DNA of 64,000 nt from Marsupella aquatica (taxonomy: Eukaryota; Plantae; Marchantiophyta). Every line of letters begins with the position of its first letter. The first letter of the stretch is position 1. The stretch is from assembly GCA_973895155.1 (NCBI GenBank), contig OZ316895.1:23324558-23388557 (forward strand), in the 5' to 3' direction. The translations under genes were made by a program, and so were the position numbers. The notes under the pieces are model-generated. The model did not search any database and was not told the origin of the DNA. It saw nothing but the letters and a program-made list of their open reading frames with translations. This document shows positions 51,101 through 64,000 of the stretch, one piece after another.

Positions 51101-54100
51101 ATTGAAGTCCAAGTAACACAGCTCGCTCAGGGGCTACCACCGCCGGGAAAATAAGAGGCCCTAAAGTACTCCAGAACGCGAATGTCGTTCCTGACAATGC
51201 CATCACCCCATAACAAAACTTTCCAGCTACCTGCCATCACATCATGGATCAGGCTTACATCGCCCTTCAACGAACAAGATTTCCTGACTTGACTTGTATT
51301 GTACTGAATATCTGTCCATCACGCAATGTGCTGCTTTCATACCTAAACTCCAGTGAATTTCGAATAGTCACGAAGCTAATGACATGATAATGTAGAAATT
51401 AGAAATAGAGCCCCACAAGCAAACAACGACTGGACTAATGAGACCTCCATCCTTTTTGCGTTAATAAGATGAGTGCACTAATTTACCTTGTCAACAAGAC
51501 GCTGTACAGGTGCCTCCCTTGTTTGCGCATCCTCCACCATCCGTACAATATCACCTAGCACTGTATCACCCCCAGGTCTCGTGGCCTCCACAGTTAACGT
51601 GCCATTGTAATTGATCGTGCCAGCATTGACCTCATCCTGGCAAAGCCAACGACAAAATCAATATTAAGATCACCTTACTGATCACCCGAATCCACATCTT
51701 CATTACAATTGATAAGAGTATGCTAGGCTCACAAAGACGGCAATTTTTTCCTTTTATCACACATGACGAATCATGACTGCAAATTTTTGTCCAATCTAGG
51801 CTTCTCGATCTTGTCTGCTTACCCCTAGCTGTTTTAGCACGGGTAAGGGTTCCCCCGTAAGGCTCGATTCATCCACCGTGCTCTTGCCTCCTTGGACCGT
51901 GCCATCCACAGGTATCCTGTCCTGAATACCATTGAAACATCCAAATCAGTATCTGGATTGTTGAGAACTTTACTTCAAGTCTAAGAACGATTTTGACGTG
52001 TCTGAGCTTATGAGGATAAAAGGTGCGCCATTAAATTCAACTATGAATTCCCTTGAAAAGTTCTCCAAACCATTACAGCTGAAATCAAGTCTTGGCAGAT
52101 AACCCCGTCTACACACTGTTGAGAACCAGTCGGAATAAGGAAAGAAGACAACAAATCAAGCGAATACAGCACAACCAGCTTGATGAGATGCTTACACCAG
52201 GGAGGACCAAGACCGAATCTCCAACAGACAAGCTTTCGCAAGGAATATCCATAGTTCGTGCAGAATCGCCACTACTATTCACTAGCAAACGAGCTGTGGA
52301 TGGTAGGAAATTCAAAAGAGCTGTCATGTCACTACTTGCTTGAAGCTTTGCTCGTTCTTCAATGGCCCTCCCAAGTAAAACAAATGCCAAGAGCATAACT
52401 GGCTCCTCAAAAAAAGCTTGCCAGCCCTGATTTTCCAAGTTGACACCGTAGTCAGCAGCTGCATGATAGGACAAATTAAAAAATACTACAACGACAGGAC
52501 AGAACCAGTTTGTGTTCATTCGAGATCAAATGTGGGGTCAGTATTGTACCAGTTTGGGTAGAAAAGCTGCAGCGGTACTGACAGTAAAGGAAGAAACTGC
52601 ACCCAGACCGACCAAGGTATTCATATTGGGAGATCCTCGCCTGAAACTCTGCCACCCATCCACAAGTAACTTGCGGCCTGGACCACCCAGAGCCACGAGA
52701 GACAAGACCATGTTGAAACTAGTAGAATGAAAGAAGTGGGCCCAGGAGGGAAGCAAATGCATTGCAAGGTGAGACGCATGGCCCACAATACAGACAGTTG
52801 CAAGCGTCCAGGCTACTGCCAATCTTCTCCCTGCTCAAAAGCAAAACAACGCAAACATCAACGGACCTTGAATGAAAGGAATCAATTCGCTTAGATTAAA
52901 TACAGGAGCATCAACTATTTTAAGTCTATACTCGACTGATTCTCTGCCACCTAAAGATCTGGGGCTTGAACAAGAGACCCAATTTTTTTCCACAGATACT
53001 CGAAATGTCACTTAGGGACACGAACAAAGGAATGACAGAGCCTGTTTCTTTTCAGGGCTTCAACACTCACCACTGTCCTTGAGGCGTGCAATCCTTTCCT
53101 CGCGCTTTCTGAGAAATGACGGTGCTCCAGCATTTTCCTTGTCATCTGCAAAATCACATTCCTGTCAGACCAGATCGAGAGGCAGACAGGAGGTATTCTT
53201 TGGGACTCTTTTTAGGCGTATTGAGGGCTACTATTTGTCCGAATTTTTACTGCCTACGAGTGAACTGAAATTTAGCATAACTTGCCCGATACGCTTGGCT
53301 TGTGACACTTTGTAGCAAACATTCTCACAATACTGTCGTGACCGAAACAGAGGTACCAAAGGACACATCAAGTTAAGATAACACAGTTTGTCAAGGTCAA
53401 GCAACACTTTTGTACGTGGAGAGGCCGTAAGAAGGGCTATGAGACAGTCATAGTCCCCTTAATACAGACTTCAATAGTGAGGGAGTCCGTATTCGTAATA
53501 TTCAAAAGTTTTATAGATGTGAAGGCTCCCTGTTGGCAGATTCAAGTATACAGAATCGTCATCAGAAATGACTCAGCTGTAATCTGAGAACAACCTAAGG
53601 TTCCATGGATTGCTGTGCTTCCCTACAGAAAGCTCCCACGATACGGCGGACAGGTTATCTCCGAGATAGAGAAGAGGTTCACCTCGCAGACTGGACTTGA
53701 AGCCGCAGCTTGTCAAGTGTTTGGCCAGCAGCTCTCCAATCTCTTGCTTCAATGTTGCCCGGTCAGTTTGAGCTTCACCATCAAAAGAAAGCTGAACAAA
53801 AGCCGTCTCCGTAGCCAAATTTACGTTGGCTAAAGACACTTGCGGCTGCAAGTGAGATACAAAGCAATGTCCAAGATTAACAGCTTGGAAAATGAATATT
53901 TGGTTGACCACTTGCAAAATCTACGTCATTACTACTTGACAGGTAGTGGGAGCAAAACCTTTTACACAGACAACCAAATCAAGGAAGGTCATCAGTTTGG
54001 TTTCAACTCCAACCACCGTGAAATTTACAAAACTTGATTTCCGAACGCAATTATGCAGCGAGGATACCTGAGACTCCAGAATGCGCTTCACTGAAGCTGA

Positions 54101-55137
54101 GCAACCACCACATGACATGCCCTTCACAATCCAACACACAGGACCACACTCAATTTCAAGAGCCGCGGGAATGATAGCACTTCTGTCGAGTTTTCACTGT
54201 GCACCTGTACAATTCTGAGGTATGTTGGCCAACAAAGTCAATTTACATTCTGGAATTTGAGTTCAAGAGTTTGCAAAAATTACTCTCCTCTATCGAAGAG
54301 ATAACCAAAATAATCATTTGTTAAGCAGAAAGATACCCAAAACTGAAGCCAGGGGATGAGAGGCCACAAGAGGCTTGATTCAATTCTTCATGCAGCCATT
54401 CATTCATTTTCCTGCATGCTTAAATGGGATTCAAAAACTCCAAGTCAAACGTCTCATTCATCTAACCATGTCTCAAATGGAAACCACGCAATGCAGAGGT
54501 TTACCCCAACATCTAGAATGATGACGTCCTCTCCAGATGATCCGACTGGCAGCTCGTCGGACTGCTCTCCCCCAACGGCTTCACCACCCTTGCCACTAGC
54601 TCGAGCCTCAAAGCCATCCCCTCCTCCTCCGCCACCGCCTCCAGCTCCCCGCCCTCCAATCCCCCTCCCTCCACCACCACCATAGCTGGGCGTTGTACTC
54701 GAAAGGCAGGCGAACGATCCACCCGGGAATCTCGTCCGACATTGGCTGCACACAGCCGAATTCTTCACCGCGTCTATCAGGAATCCGAATTGGCCGTTCT
54801 CAGAATTGCTACCGGCTACAAATCGGCTCCCTAGTCCGGTGGACCACCAAACCCTGAACCCTTGCCTTCCTCCCCACACTCCTCCGAGCTTGTTTTCTAC
54901 TCTAATAAGCCCACGATGGTAGTTGATTCCAGGAGCTCGAGCTCTAGCTGCCCCTAAGCGCTCTGCAGACAAGGTGATCGGCACGGCCAAAATTCGGTGC
55001 ATCTTCTGCTGCCTAAATATGAGAGCAGGAGAATTTTGCGCACATGAAGGTGCAGAAGAAGAGGCTGCATGAAAGCCTGCCAAGACGGACGATGCTGTTG
55101 CCAGCTCTGTGGCAGCGGCTCCCTGCAGAGACCTCAT
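48152..55137 (-). CDS. PAA1: Chloroplast copper-transporting P1B-type ATPase PAA1/HMA6, ~1044 aa, 17 exons
   Basis: Exons 55137-54505, 54121-54068, 53845-53683, 53145-53071, 52830-52550, 52426-52196, 51921-51823, 51636-51487, 51230-51084, 50871-50821, 50661-50489, 50167-50035, 49836-49739, 49517-49274, 49144-48941, 48709-48629, 48469-48152 (3135 nt). Transit-peptide-like N-terminus, Gly-rich stretch, [72 protein letters not shown]. The Gly-rich stretch favours PAA1 over PAA2. Confidence 0.93.
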
Positions 55138-56419
55138 GATTGTTGCCAAAGCCTAATCTCCAAAACCCACAATCTTCAATCCTCAAATCTACAAAATCCT
55201 GTAAGAATCTCGAACTTCGTGGCAAAAATGACCGCCAGAACCATCTTTCAGATTCCCGGGGAGGCTATTGAGAGTGTATCGCTTGCTCTAGCCCCGACAT
55301 CCTGCATTTTGTTCTCATCGATAGGAGGTAGCCCACTCTCTTTGACCACCTACACGTCACATTCCTTTGAAAACGTAAAGCTCTCTTTCATGCGACAGAT
55401 CCTACAAATTGGAGAAGAGAAATTCATGATTAGCTGTCAATTGGACAGCTTTGCCACCATTCTAAACAATATGACACCAATTCAAGCATAGACCGCGGCA
55501 GTAGACAGTCACTCAGCAAGTACGTTAGTTTGCTTCATTAGGACGCACTGGACTAAATTCTTTCCACCTAGAGCATCCACAGTACTTAACTTGTGAAAGG
55601 GTACCATTCGTATAGAAATATTGTCTACGCTGGAGGTAAACAAACACAAAATGCAATTCAAGTAAGTAGCCTTACTTAGAACCTTAGGGCTCCAACAATG
55701 TTATCACGACACGTTATACATCACAGCGGTACCATAGTGTGCTGAGACTGAACCCCCAGTATTTCATCGGTTGATAAAAAGCAGTGAACGAATCTCAAGC
55801 TCCAGCGAATTGCTTTCCAAAATGGTGCGGATCTACTGACCAATCTCGGACCAAGGAGCGGGCATGGTGATTGTGATACTACTTCTCATGGACCAAACAC
55901 TTTAGATTCAAGACTTTCACGACTGAGATTCTCATTTGCTACAATTCTCTGGATTTCTAATTGCAGCAGTGTTTGAGAAATTGCAGTTCATTTTGCCGGG
56001 AGGAATCATGAGTTCAAGGTAACTGAAAGAATTGCTGTCTCACCTTCTCACCGCTCCAGGGGGGGAACTTGTTGCTTCCCCTTCACCCGAACGAGGCAGC
56101 TACAGTCGTGGAGACCAGCTCAAAAGGCACCAGCAGAGACAAGCAGAGCAGAGCAGAGGAGAGAAGAGCAGAGGAGAGGAGAGATTCAATCCATTCGAAT
56201 CGTTGGGTATCAAAAGCCGGCAGCTGCCCAATTGTTTAGTATCAGCTCAGCTTTGCTGGGTCCAGCATGATTCGGAGTGATAGATCACTAGATCAGGCTC
56301 TATGGCATCACCACCGCAATCACATTGGTAGAGATTCACATCCAATTAGGAGCAGCCTGGTGGAAACGAGGCGGACAGAAAGTGTCTTAGGGCCCCTGTC
56401 CATATGTAGGGACTTCATC

Positions 56420-56680
56420 GGGTAGTGGTACCTTCACATCAAAAAGCACCATAGGATAAAGTAGGGTAGTGGTAGCTTCACATCAAAAAGCAATAAATAG
56501 GGACTTTTGCCTCTTTTCCTCCCCTTGATTTGGTTCCGCTTTTTGCGCCCTTGGGCACTGTGATATATATATATATGTATAATATAATATAATAGGGACT
56601 CCATGGATGTGGTACCTTTCAATCAAAAAGCAACATGGGATAAGTAGGGTAGTGGTGGCATCACATCAAAAAGCAACATG
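56420..56680. repeat. Short dispersed repeats in the divergent promoter region
   Basis: gggtagtggt(a/g)(c/g)c(t/a)tcacatcaaaaagca occurs 3-4 times. Confidence 0.6.
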
Positions 56681-57921
56681 ATCATGAAGCAGAAGGAAAT
56701 AGAAAAGAACATTTGGCTTTATGGTGGTATGGAAAATCTTTTTATGCAATTACTGCCAGACTCCTTTATGGGTGAAAATACGAAAACATAATTGATTTTA
56801 GTGTGCTATGGAAAATCCTTTTATGTGCAATTACAGCCAGGCTACTTTGTGCCTGACCAATTTCGAGGGATATTATTAAGCCCAGATGTTTGCTTTGAAA
56901 CCTGGTGTATCTCCAACGCTGAAGTGGACTGGATCACAAAATGTCATAGAATATGCTGGAACTATGAGTTTAAACAAGAAATGAAAAGCTATCCAAATAA
57001 ATGCACAAGTATGTCAAAAAATTGACTAGGGAATCCTATCTAGAGAAAACACCTACAAAATTGTAGCCAAAGTGGCAAATACCTTTTGGAGAGTTACGGT
57101 CTAGTCAATTTTAGCCAAAAAGTGGCCAAAAAAATTTGGGAAATGTAGTCAATTTTCTCGAAAATGTTAGCGAAAAGTGGTAACAAGTTTTTGGAGAGGT
57201 AGAATCTAGCAAAAAATTCTGTAAATTTTAGCCAAAAGTGACACAACCAAAAACTTTTTCCAAAGGTATAATCTAGCAAAACTTTGCCACTAAGAGAAAC
57301 ACCAGTGCAATTAGTGCTTGGCAAAACTCTATGCATCTAGTTAATTGCACATAAATGTATAATTCCATTCCATACCATGATAAAGTGAATGTTTTTCTTT
57401 AATTTACTTACTGTAGTATTACTCTAAAATCTAGTTGTCCATTTTGGATGTGCAAAGATCTCGTTTTATAAAGTTGCATTCTCACAAACATTTATTCTAA
57501 TTTTTTCCCTCACTTTACTCATATGGAGACAAAACTGAAGCGGGGATAGAGTTGTGTGTCCAACATTTTGGTGACCTATGGGAGCCATAACTAAATGACT
57601 TTGAGTGCTAAAATAATTTTTAGTTATGGACCTGCAAGGCAACTAGAGAAGGAGAAGACCTGAAAAAACACAAGCCCAAATATTTTATATTAACCCATAA
57701 ATTGAATATAAATCTAATGGGATGTACCTGTCCTAGTTTAGTGATTTAAAACCCCATGAAAAACTCAACAAAATTAGCCTCCACTTGCACTTTGATGGAA
57801 GCGTGCCTCACTTACCCCTCTAGTACATCTTCAAAATAAAAACTCACTTACCCCCCTAGTATATCTCAAAAAGTAAATATTATTTGAAGGTATGAATATC
57901 AAATTATTACAATTTAAACTC

Positions 57922-58157
57922 AAATTTTAAGAAATGTGATACATCGGGGTTTCAAAGGTCCATGGGGGCTTCTAATTCTAATGAGACGCTACTCGAATTT
58001 TAAGAAATGTGATCCATGGGGGTTTCAAAGACCAACCTTGTGGTCCATTGGGGTTTCTAGTTCTAATGAGACGCTGCTCGAATTTTTAGAAATGTGATCC
58101 ATGGGGGTTGCAAAGACCCACCTTGTGGTCCATGGGGGCTTCTAATTATAATGAGAC
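57922..58157. repeat. Three degenerate tandem units (~70-85 bp) upstream of the DOMON gene
   Basis: aattttaagaaatgtgat...gggggtttcaaag...ggtccatgggggcttctaattctaatgagac x3. Confidence 0.75.
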
Positions 58158-59267
58158 AAAAACGTCAGAACACGGGTTTAGATTTAACCGGCCGCCGAGT
58201 TTCCGGCCGACGGGCTGCCTGCCGGAAACCGTTTGGCGCACTCGTATTTCCGTCCACGTTTTACGGTGCCAGTTTCCGACAGTCCGTCCAAACGACCGAA
58301 AGTCGAGAATAAACGAAGACAGACACAGAGAGACACTTTTCTTCCGCTCTGCTCTAGAGTGATGCGAAATTGAGAAGTGAATGCTCAACGAGATCGCAGA
58401 ATCACGGACCGGCGATTGACACAGAGAGTGATGGACAGAACGATGGCGGAGAATTCGCTGTGATCCCCAGAAATCGATTTTTTTCTCTTTGAGCAGAGAA
58501 CGATCGACCGCTTCTATGGCTTCAGTGCCGTTTTGCGAGCTGCGCTTCGATGTGTCCTGTCTCTCTTGATTGACTTGATGCAGTTGAATTGTGAAGGCGG
58601 AGAATGATATAGATCTGGTCTTGACGTTGTGTTGACGTTGTGCTGCGGTTCCCGCGAGTACGTGGAATTTCTTCCCGGCAAGGTTGAACGTGATTTTGGG
58701 GTGTCTTTTGCATCAATCTTTCTTGCTCTGTCGAGGAAAGAAGCAGGGCGGGGCGGTGCGGTGCGGGGTGCGGGCAGGGGCAAGTCTGGCTCTGGCTGCA
58801 GATTACCGTGTTATTATCAGTAGCATTGCAGATTGTTGTTCTGGTCGAATTCGGAGGGCGAAGAGGCGGGTTGATTCGCAGGAGCGGAATTTTTGGTATG
58901 CGGCCCTGGGATGCCGGGATTTGAATCTTGGAGAATTGAGGGGATTATTTGTGACCCTTGGAAAGTCAGAGCTCTCCAGGGTGTGGCTGGATCAGTCGCT
59001 AGCGTGGGCGGAGTCGTGTCATGTTCTGTTTGTTGAGTCTCAGCTTTGTTGGAGTTGCCTTCGCAGCTGATTGATCTGGCGTGGTTTGCCCTCATCTAGA
59101 TCGAGGCGTGGTTTGGATTGTCTGCGGTGACTTTGGATGAAGAGTGCTGAGGAGCAGAGTAGGCTGGTAGGGTGTTGAGGAAATGAGAGCTGCATATCGT
59201 CGGAGGTGGCAGAGTGACGAATCTGAGCTGTCCACAGGGACGGAGGACTTGAGGAGCAGCTGTTGTC

Positions 59268-62200
59268 ATGAGAATGTTGGCCGCGAGGAACATGGGGAAT
59301 TTATCCGGGTTGGTTCTGGGTTTCATTTTTGGTATCCTTGGGCTGCTTGTGACCAGCGCCTCTGCCCGGAATTGCACTGCCAAAAGTTCATTAGTTGGCC
59401 TGTCGTCTGATTTCGTCATGGTACAGCACCAGCTGCGCGGTTCTGTTCTTTTCCGAGATGACTGCACTTTTGAGGTAGCGCGATACTATCTCCTGCATTT
59501 CCCGACCCTCCGTTCCTAGTTAGTTCATGAAATATGTGAATTCTTACTGGTCTGATGGGAACCCCATTGAACTTGAGTTCCCTTTGACGACAAGTTCTCG
59601 TCGAGATGGAAGTTCAAAATATTACGGAAACCCCTACATGTATTGCATTCTGCTCTTCGAATGTGCAGTAGTACCTTGTGCGCTCTAAGGGACAGTATTG
59701 GTCTAGGAACTGGGAAACAAATAGTCAATTGTAGGGGCAAAACAATTATTGGTTTGTGTTGCTCTATCCACGGAGTCTTGTGGGTTTAAGACGAGATTTT
59801 GAAAGAATATCATCAGCAGTGGGAAGAAATTCGGTGATGATTTCTGGCAGTTTAACCGAGAATTGAACTACATATTGTTTATAAACAATGAAATGATATA
59901 GTGTGATTGGAACGCTACTATGAAAACAGGGCCTCTGTGATAATGCAAACTAAAAACAACTTCCCACAATCTCAACGTGAAAGAAGGTTGAGATTCAGAT
60001 ACTATGCAGATGTGGGTTCATCTGGTGAATTTTATCTTGTTTTAGTTTATGTCACGGTCAGTGTGCCACATGTAATTACACTGCTGTACAGTTATACAGA
60101 TTTAGTTACTGACTGTAGTTTTGTCTGCCAAATTCCTATCCGTAACCCAAATCTGCACCGGAACCGTGCAGGTGACAAGATTTGATATGATCGCAGGGAC
60201 TGATGTATACTGGTGGGGGTCTCTTGGTGACGACTTTGATAACATGACCCAGGGGATTTTAATCTCGCCCGATAAACTCAATCAGACTTATCAAAATGTC
60301 ACTATGGAAGTATGTATATCTCTCAAACTGGAACGCTAAAATGTAACTGCCACTTTTTTTGCCTAAGTTTTTGTTTGTATCTATGTAAGGAAAATTATAC
60401 TTCAAAGCTGGCTCTTAGCAGGTCAATTTGACTTTTTAACTTGTGAAGTGCTTTCAGGGACTTAACTATGAGGATTTTTGCTGGACTTGGTATTGATTTT
60501 GCATCGACGTGGTTGCATCCAGGTAACTCTTGGCAGCAACTATACATGGGAGGATTTCAAGGTGCTCAGTGTTTGGGATAGGTATACTGGATCAGACTTT
60601 GGGCACGTTTATCTGGAAGTTCTGGCTTCTGAAGCAGTGGAGACGGGCCCACCACGTCAAAGTGGCTCTGATTTTGGAAGCCCTGCCCCTGCCCCGGGTC
60701 CTGATGTTAGTTCGGGTATACCTGCTGCGAGTGTACCTGCACCCTCAATCCCTGAGAGAGAAATACTTGGACACTCGCAGCTAACTATGTTCGACAATTG
60801 TGTGACCCTGAAAGAAGGACTATTCCGTCTACGGTGGACAGTAAACTGGGACTTGCAAACAGTGGATCTTGGGCTTGAAGGTGCCCTCACTCAATCTCAA
60901 TACATGGCCTTCGGGTGGGCAAAGCCAGGAGTCTCAAGCAAAATCATGCTAAAGTCCGATGTTGTGGTTGCTGGATTTGATGAGAAGGTTAGATGCATTC
61001 TTTGCTCCGTATCCTCTCTAGACTGCAGAGAAATGCATCTTTGAGACTAACCGTGTGGTTTTGCGCATGTTAAAACACCCTATAGACTGCATCCTTATCT
61101 GCTGACAGGGAATTCTGTGCTGAGATCAACCTTTTTGATCTGCCTTAAATGCGATGCATTGAAAATACATATAAGAGGAAATGCTAAGAGAAAGCGAACT
61201 TATTGTGACCCCTGTATCATCCCTTGTAGCAATGTGCTGGGGAAAAGGAGATATAGAACGCGTCCTCAGGTTTTAATCCTATTAACTCAAATCACTTTGC
61301 TGGGTTCTCAGGATGTCCCATATGCGGAGGACTTCTACTTGGGTGCTTATGATGAGTGTAATTGGGACACTAATACCCCGTCTGGAGTGTGTCCCGACTA
61401 TGTCTATACTGGCGGTACAGACAATTCTGCAAACAATAATAAGCTTATGCATGGGCAGCAGATCGATGGTACATGCCTCCTCTGGCTCAGGTCACTTCAT
61501 TTGGTTTATCTGCATCGTGAATCTCCCCTTTAAGCGCCTTTGCTGCTGTGCTTGACCCTCGACTTGCTGGGCTTATATGGCGTAATCTTGACTGAGTAAC
61601 AAACAGTAAGATTTTAACTTTGGTCGTTGGTGCCATTGTCTAGGAATCACTCTCATTCGTTACCGACGACCGCTTGGGAGTATAGATCCCGTGTATGATG
61701 TCTCCATCAATGCCAGTGATATTATGCAAGTCGTCTATGCAATTGGGGGTTTGAAACCTTCTGATTCAAGTAAAGGCAATCGGACTCCTCAAAATCATGG
61801 ACCAAATTATGGTTATCGAAAGATTTCGCTGGCGGACACAGTAGATGAGTGCTTGGGTCCGATGGTGGCTCAAAATGGATATCTAGGCGACGTTGTAGTC
61901 GCTGACAGGGGTACCACGCTAGTGGTTACGACGGACGCACCTTTACACTACCCTGATCATCCCTTTCCCGACAAGGTTTTCTACGTCAATCAGAAAGAGG
62001 CACCTCTTCTGAAGGTGGAAAGGGGTGTTCCAGTTACCTTTTCAGTCCAAGCCGGCCACGGATTTGCTCTCTATATAACCGATAATCCTGTCGGAGGTGC
62101 ATCTAATGCCAATATGAGCGACATAATCTATGCAGGTGGGCCTGAGGCCCATGGAGTACCGGTGATGCCGTACGAACTTACATGGCATCCCAACCGGACT

Positions 62201-63165
62201 ACTCCTGACCTTCTCTACTACCAGGTGCTCGACTAGTTATTGCAAACTTCATCCGAGATTAGTTGGAGAAATTCTTCTTCCGGAGGGCTGTTGTAGACTG
62301 GTTCAAACTCGTGACCATAGTGAAATAGGTTTTGGGAGGGTTCCAGGGTTTTGTTACATTGCTTGAGGTTTGGCATGACCTAAGTTGGTATACTTCGAGG
62401 AGTCGAGTTGGGTCTGATGCGTTGCAAATCTCATCTGCTGCAGACTTTGTAACGGTGTCAGGTCCAAACGTGAGTGGTCTGATCTCCCTGGACACTGACT
62501 TATTGGTTATCCTTGTTTCACAGGATTATTTTATGGAAAAACGAGGATGGAAGGTTCAAGTTGTTGATGGTGGGTTGTCTGACATGTATAATCAAAGCGC
62601 TGTTCTAGCAGATGGCAAGGTATCGTGTTGTTCATTATGAATGTCTTTGCTTTTGGTTGCTCTATAACCTCAGTAGTCATCATTTCAGGACTAAAAAAGT
62701 TAAATTGCTTTATAGGCTCAATGATTCTGGCGTTGTGTGCTGTAAAAGCAAATCTTTCTCGATTTGCATTCATGGGTACTATGTGCTCTTTATGCTCGTA
62801 GTGATTCAATAACTCAGCCAGCTTGTGTTTGTGGAAAACTTGCTTTGTGATGGGGATCACGGGCAAAATTCATCAGTGCAGTTACCAGAGAAAGAGAGCC
62901 TCATCTAGGACAAGATCTTTTACTGGTTACACTGAAAGAATTTAGGGCTTGTTGTAAATAGCCTCCTCTAGGTAGCTGGTGGCTTTGTACTTTCTGCCCC
63001 TTGCCTCAATCGGGGATCCGTGGTTTGGAAGTTATGCATCCATTTTCTTATTGAAATTAATGGCTTGGTGCAGGTGACATTGTTCTGGACAGTCTCAAGT
63101 GGTCGAATATATTTGGCTGTCCGAGGGGGGGTCCAAAGCGGCTATTTGGCTATAGCGTTTGGCAG
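59268..63165 (+). CDS. DM13 and DOMON domain (cytochrome b561-associated) protein, At5g54830-like; 5' part only, gene continues past the window
   Basis: Exons 59268-59474, 60172-60309, 60523-60987, 61312-61468, 61644-62224, 62524-62619, 63074-63165. Signal-peptide-like N-terminus; DM13 motifs MVQHQLRG, DDCTF, FDMIAGTDVYWWG, SVWD..TGSDFGHV; DOMON motifs TMFDNC, FRLRWT, YMAFGWA, DVVVAGF, GVCPD; LKVERGVPVTFSVQAGH; start of a second DOMON (GYLAIAFG). The b561 domain is not within the window. Confidence 0.85.
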
Positions 63166-64000
63166 GTAAAAGTTCTTGTCCAAAAGTTTGCTACTGGTCA
63201 TTTAAAATATGTGAATTGAAAGGAAGTAGCACCTACGAGTTTTGGTTGCTTACCTCCCCAGCACAAAAGAAATATTCAAGGCAGCATATCTACTTAAATT
63301 AATTCAGCGTCCTCTGTGTGAGATGGCTCTTAGGAATGGGGAAAACTGTTGAGGACAGATGACCGTGTTGACTCAAGTCTGTTAGCCAAATTTATACTTC
63401 AAGCCATTATATCAAATTCAAGCCGACTCCTTCCTCATTAACATGAGATTTGCAAAAACACTCTAGTATTTTCAATCTCCTGTAATGCAGTTTTAGCGCA
63501 ATCATAATTAAATGTTGGGTATTTGTGAAAGGCAGTAATGTCAGTCGGTACCAAATGCGAAAAGTATCGCATTTAGTTTACTTCTAGAAACTCATTTGCG
63601 TAGCTGGTCACGTGTTTTAAGTTCATTCATTTATCCTCTTAAAAACTGAACTTGGATACTTGGGGGGGATTTCACTCCGTCCTCAAGCCTTGTACCTTTT
63701 GGAAGCTGAAATGCATAAAATTGTCAACGATGGTATCATGGGCAGGGCAAGATAAAATTGATTGAGACCCACGTTACGAACTCATTACCTGAAATGCAAA
63801 GCAGTGTATACCCAGCCAGTTGCACTACTATTATGGAACATATTGCCAAAGGTTCAAAGAGATATTGTAATGTAACCGAAATTTGAATCTCGTTGGGAAA
63901 TGGTCATATTGAAGCCTCCCAATAGAAGGTCGGGGTTTTCCATCGATGTCTCTTTTTCGAAATTAAATGGGTTTGCATTCTTTTTATTGCTAACGATCTT

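Overview
Eukaryotic nuclear DNA from a land plant. Gene content and intron style suggest a non-seed plant, probably a bryophyte such as a liverwort (inference, not proven). Four spliced plant genes can be assembled by hand with consistent splice phases: a CCoAOMT-type O-methyltransferase with an unusual ~120-aa N-terminal extension (8092-10751, +), a TAF1B/RRN7-like RNA Pol I factor (42629-46614, -), the chloroplast Cu-ATPase PAA1/HMA6 (48152-55137, -, 17 exons), and the 5' part of a DM13/DOMON/cytochrome b561-type gene (59268 to beyond the window, +). Between them is a repeat-rich accessory region. It holds two related solo LTRs, a Tourist-like MITE inside a minisatellite, a duplicated decayed BTB/BACK-like segment and a non-autonomous Helitron. 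Directly next to the Helitron is a full-length but decayed Bianca-type Ty1/copia element (26002-32789) whose primer site matches the anticodon arm of tRNA-Ile. The most notable items are (1) an intact, intronless, fungal-type MFS monocarboxylate/Mch-like transporter (33385-34794), a candidate fungus-to-plant horizontal transfer, and (2) a tandem splice acceptor in PAA1 intron 3 that would produce a PCH1-like soluble copper chaperone. All family assignments come from motif recognition by eye; no database searches were run.
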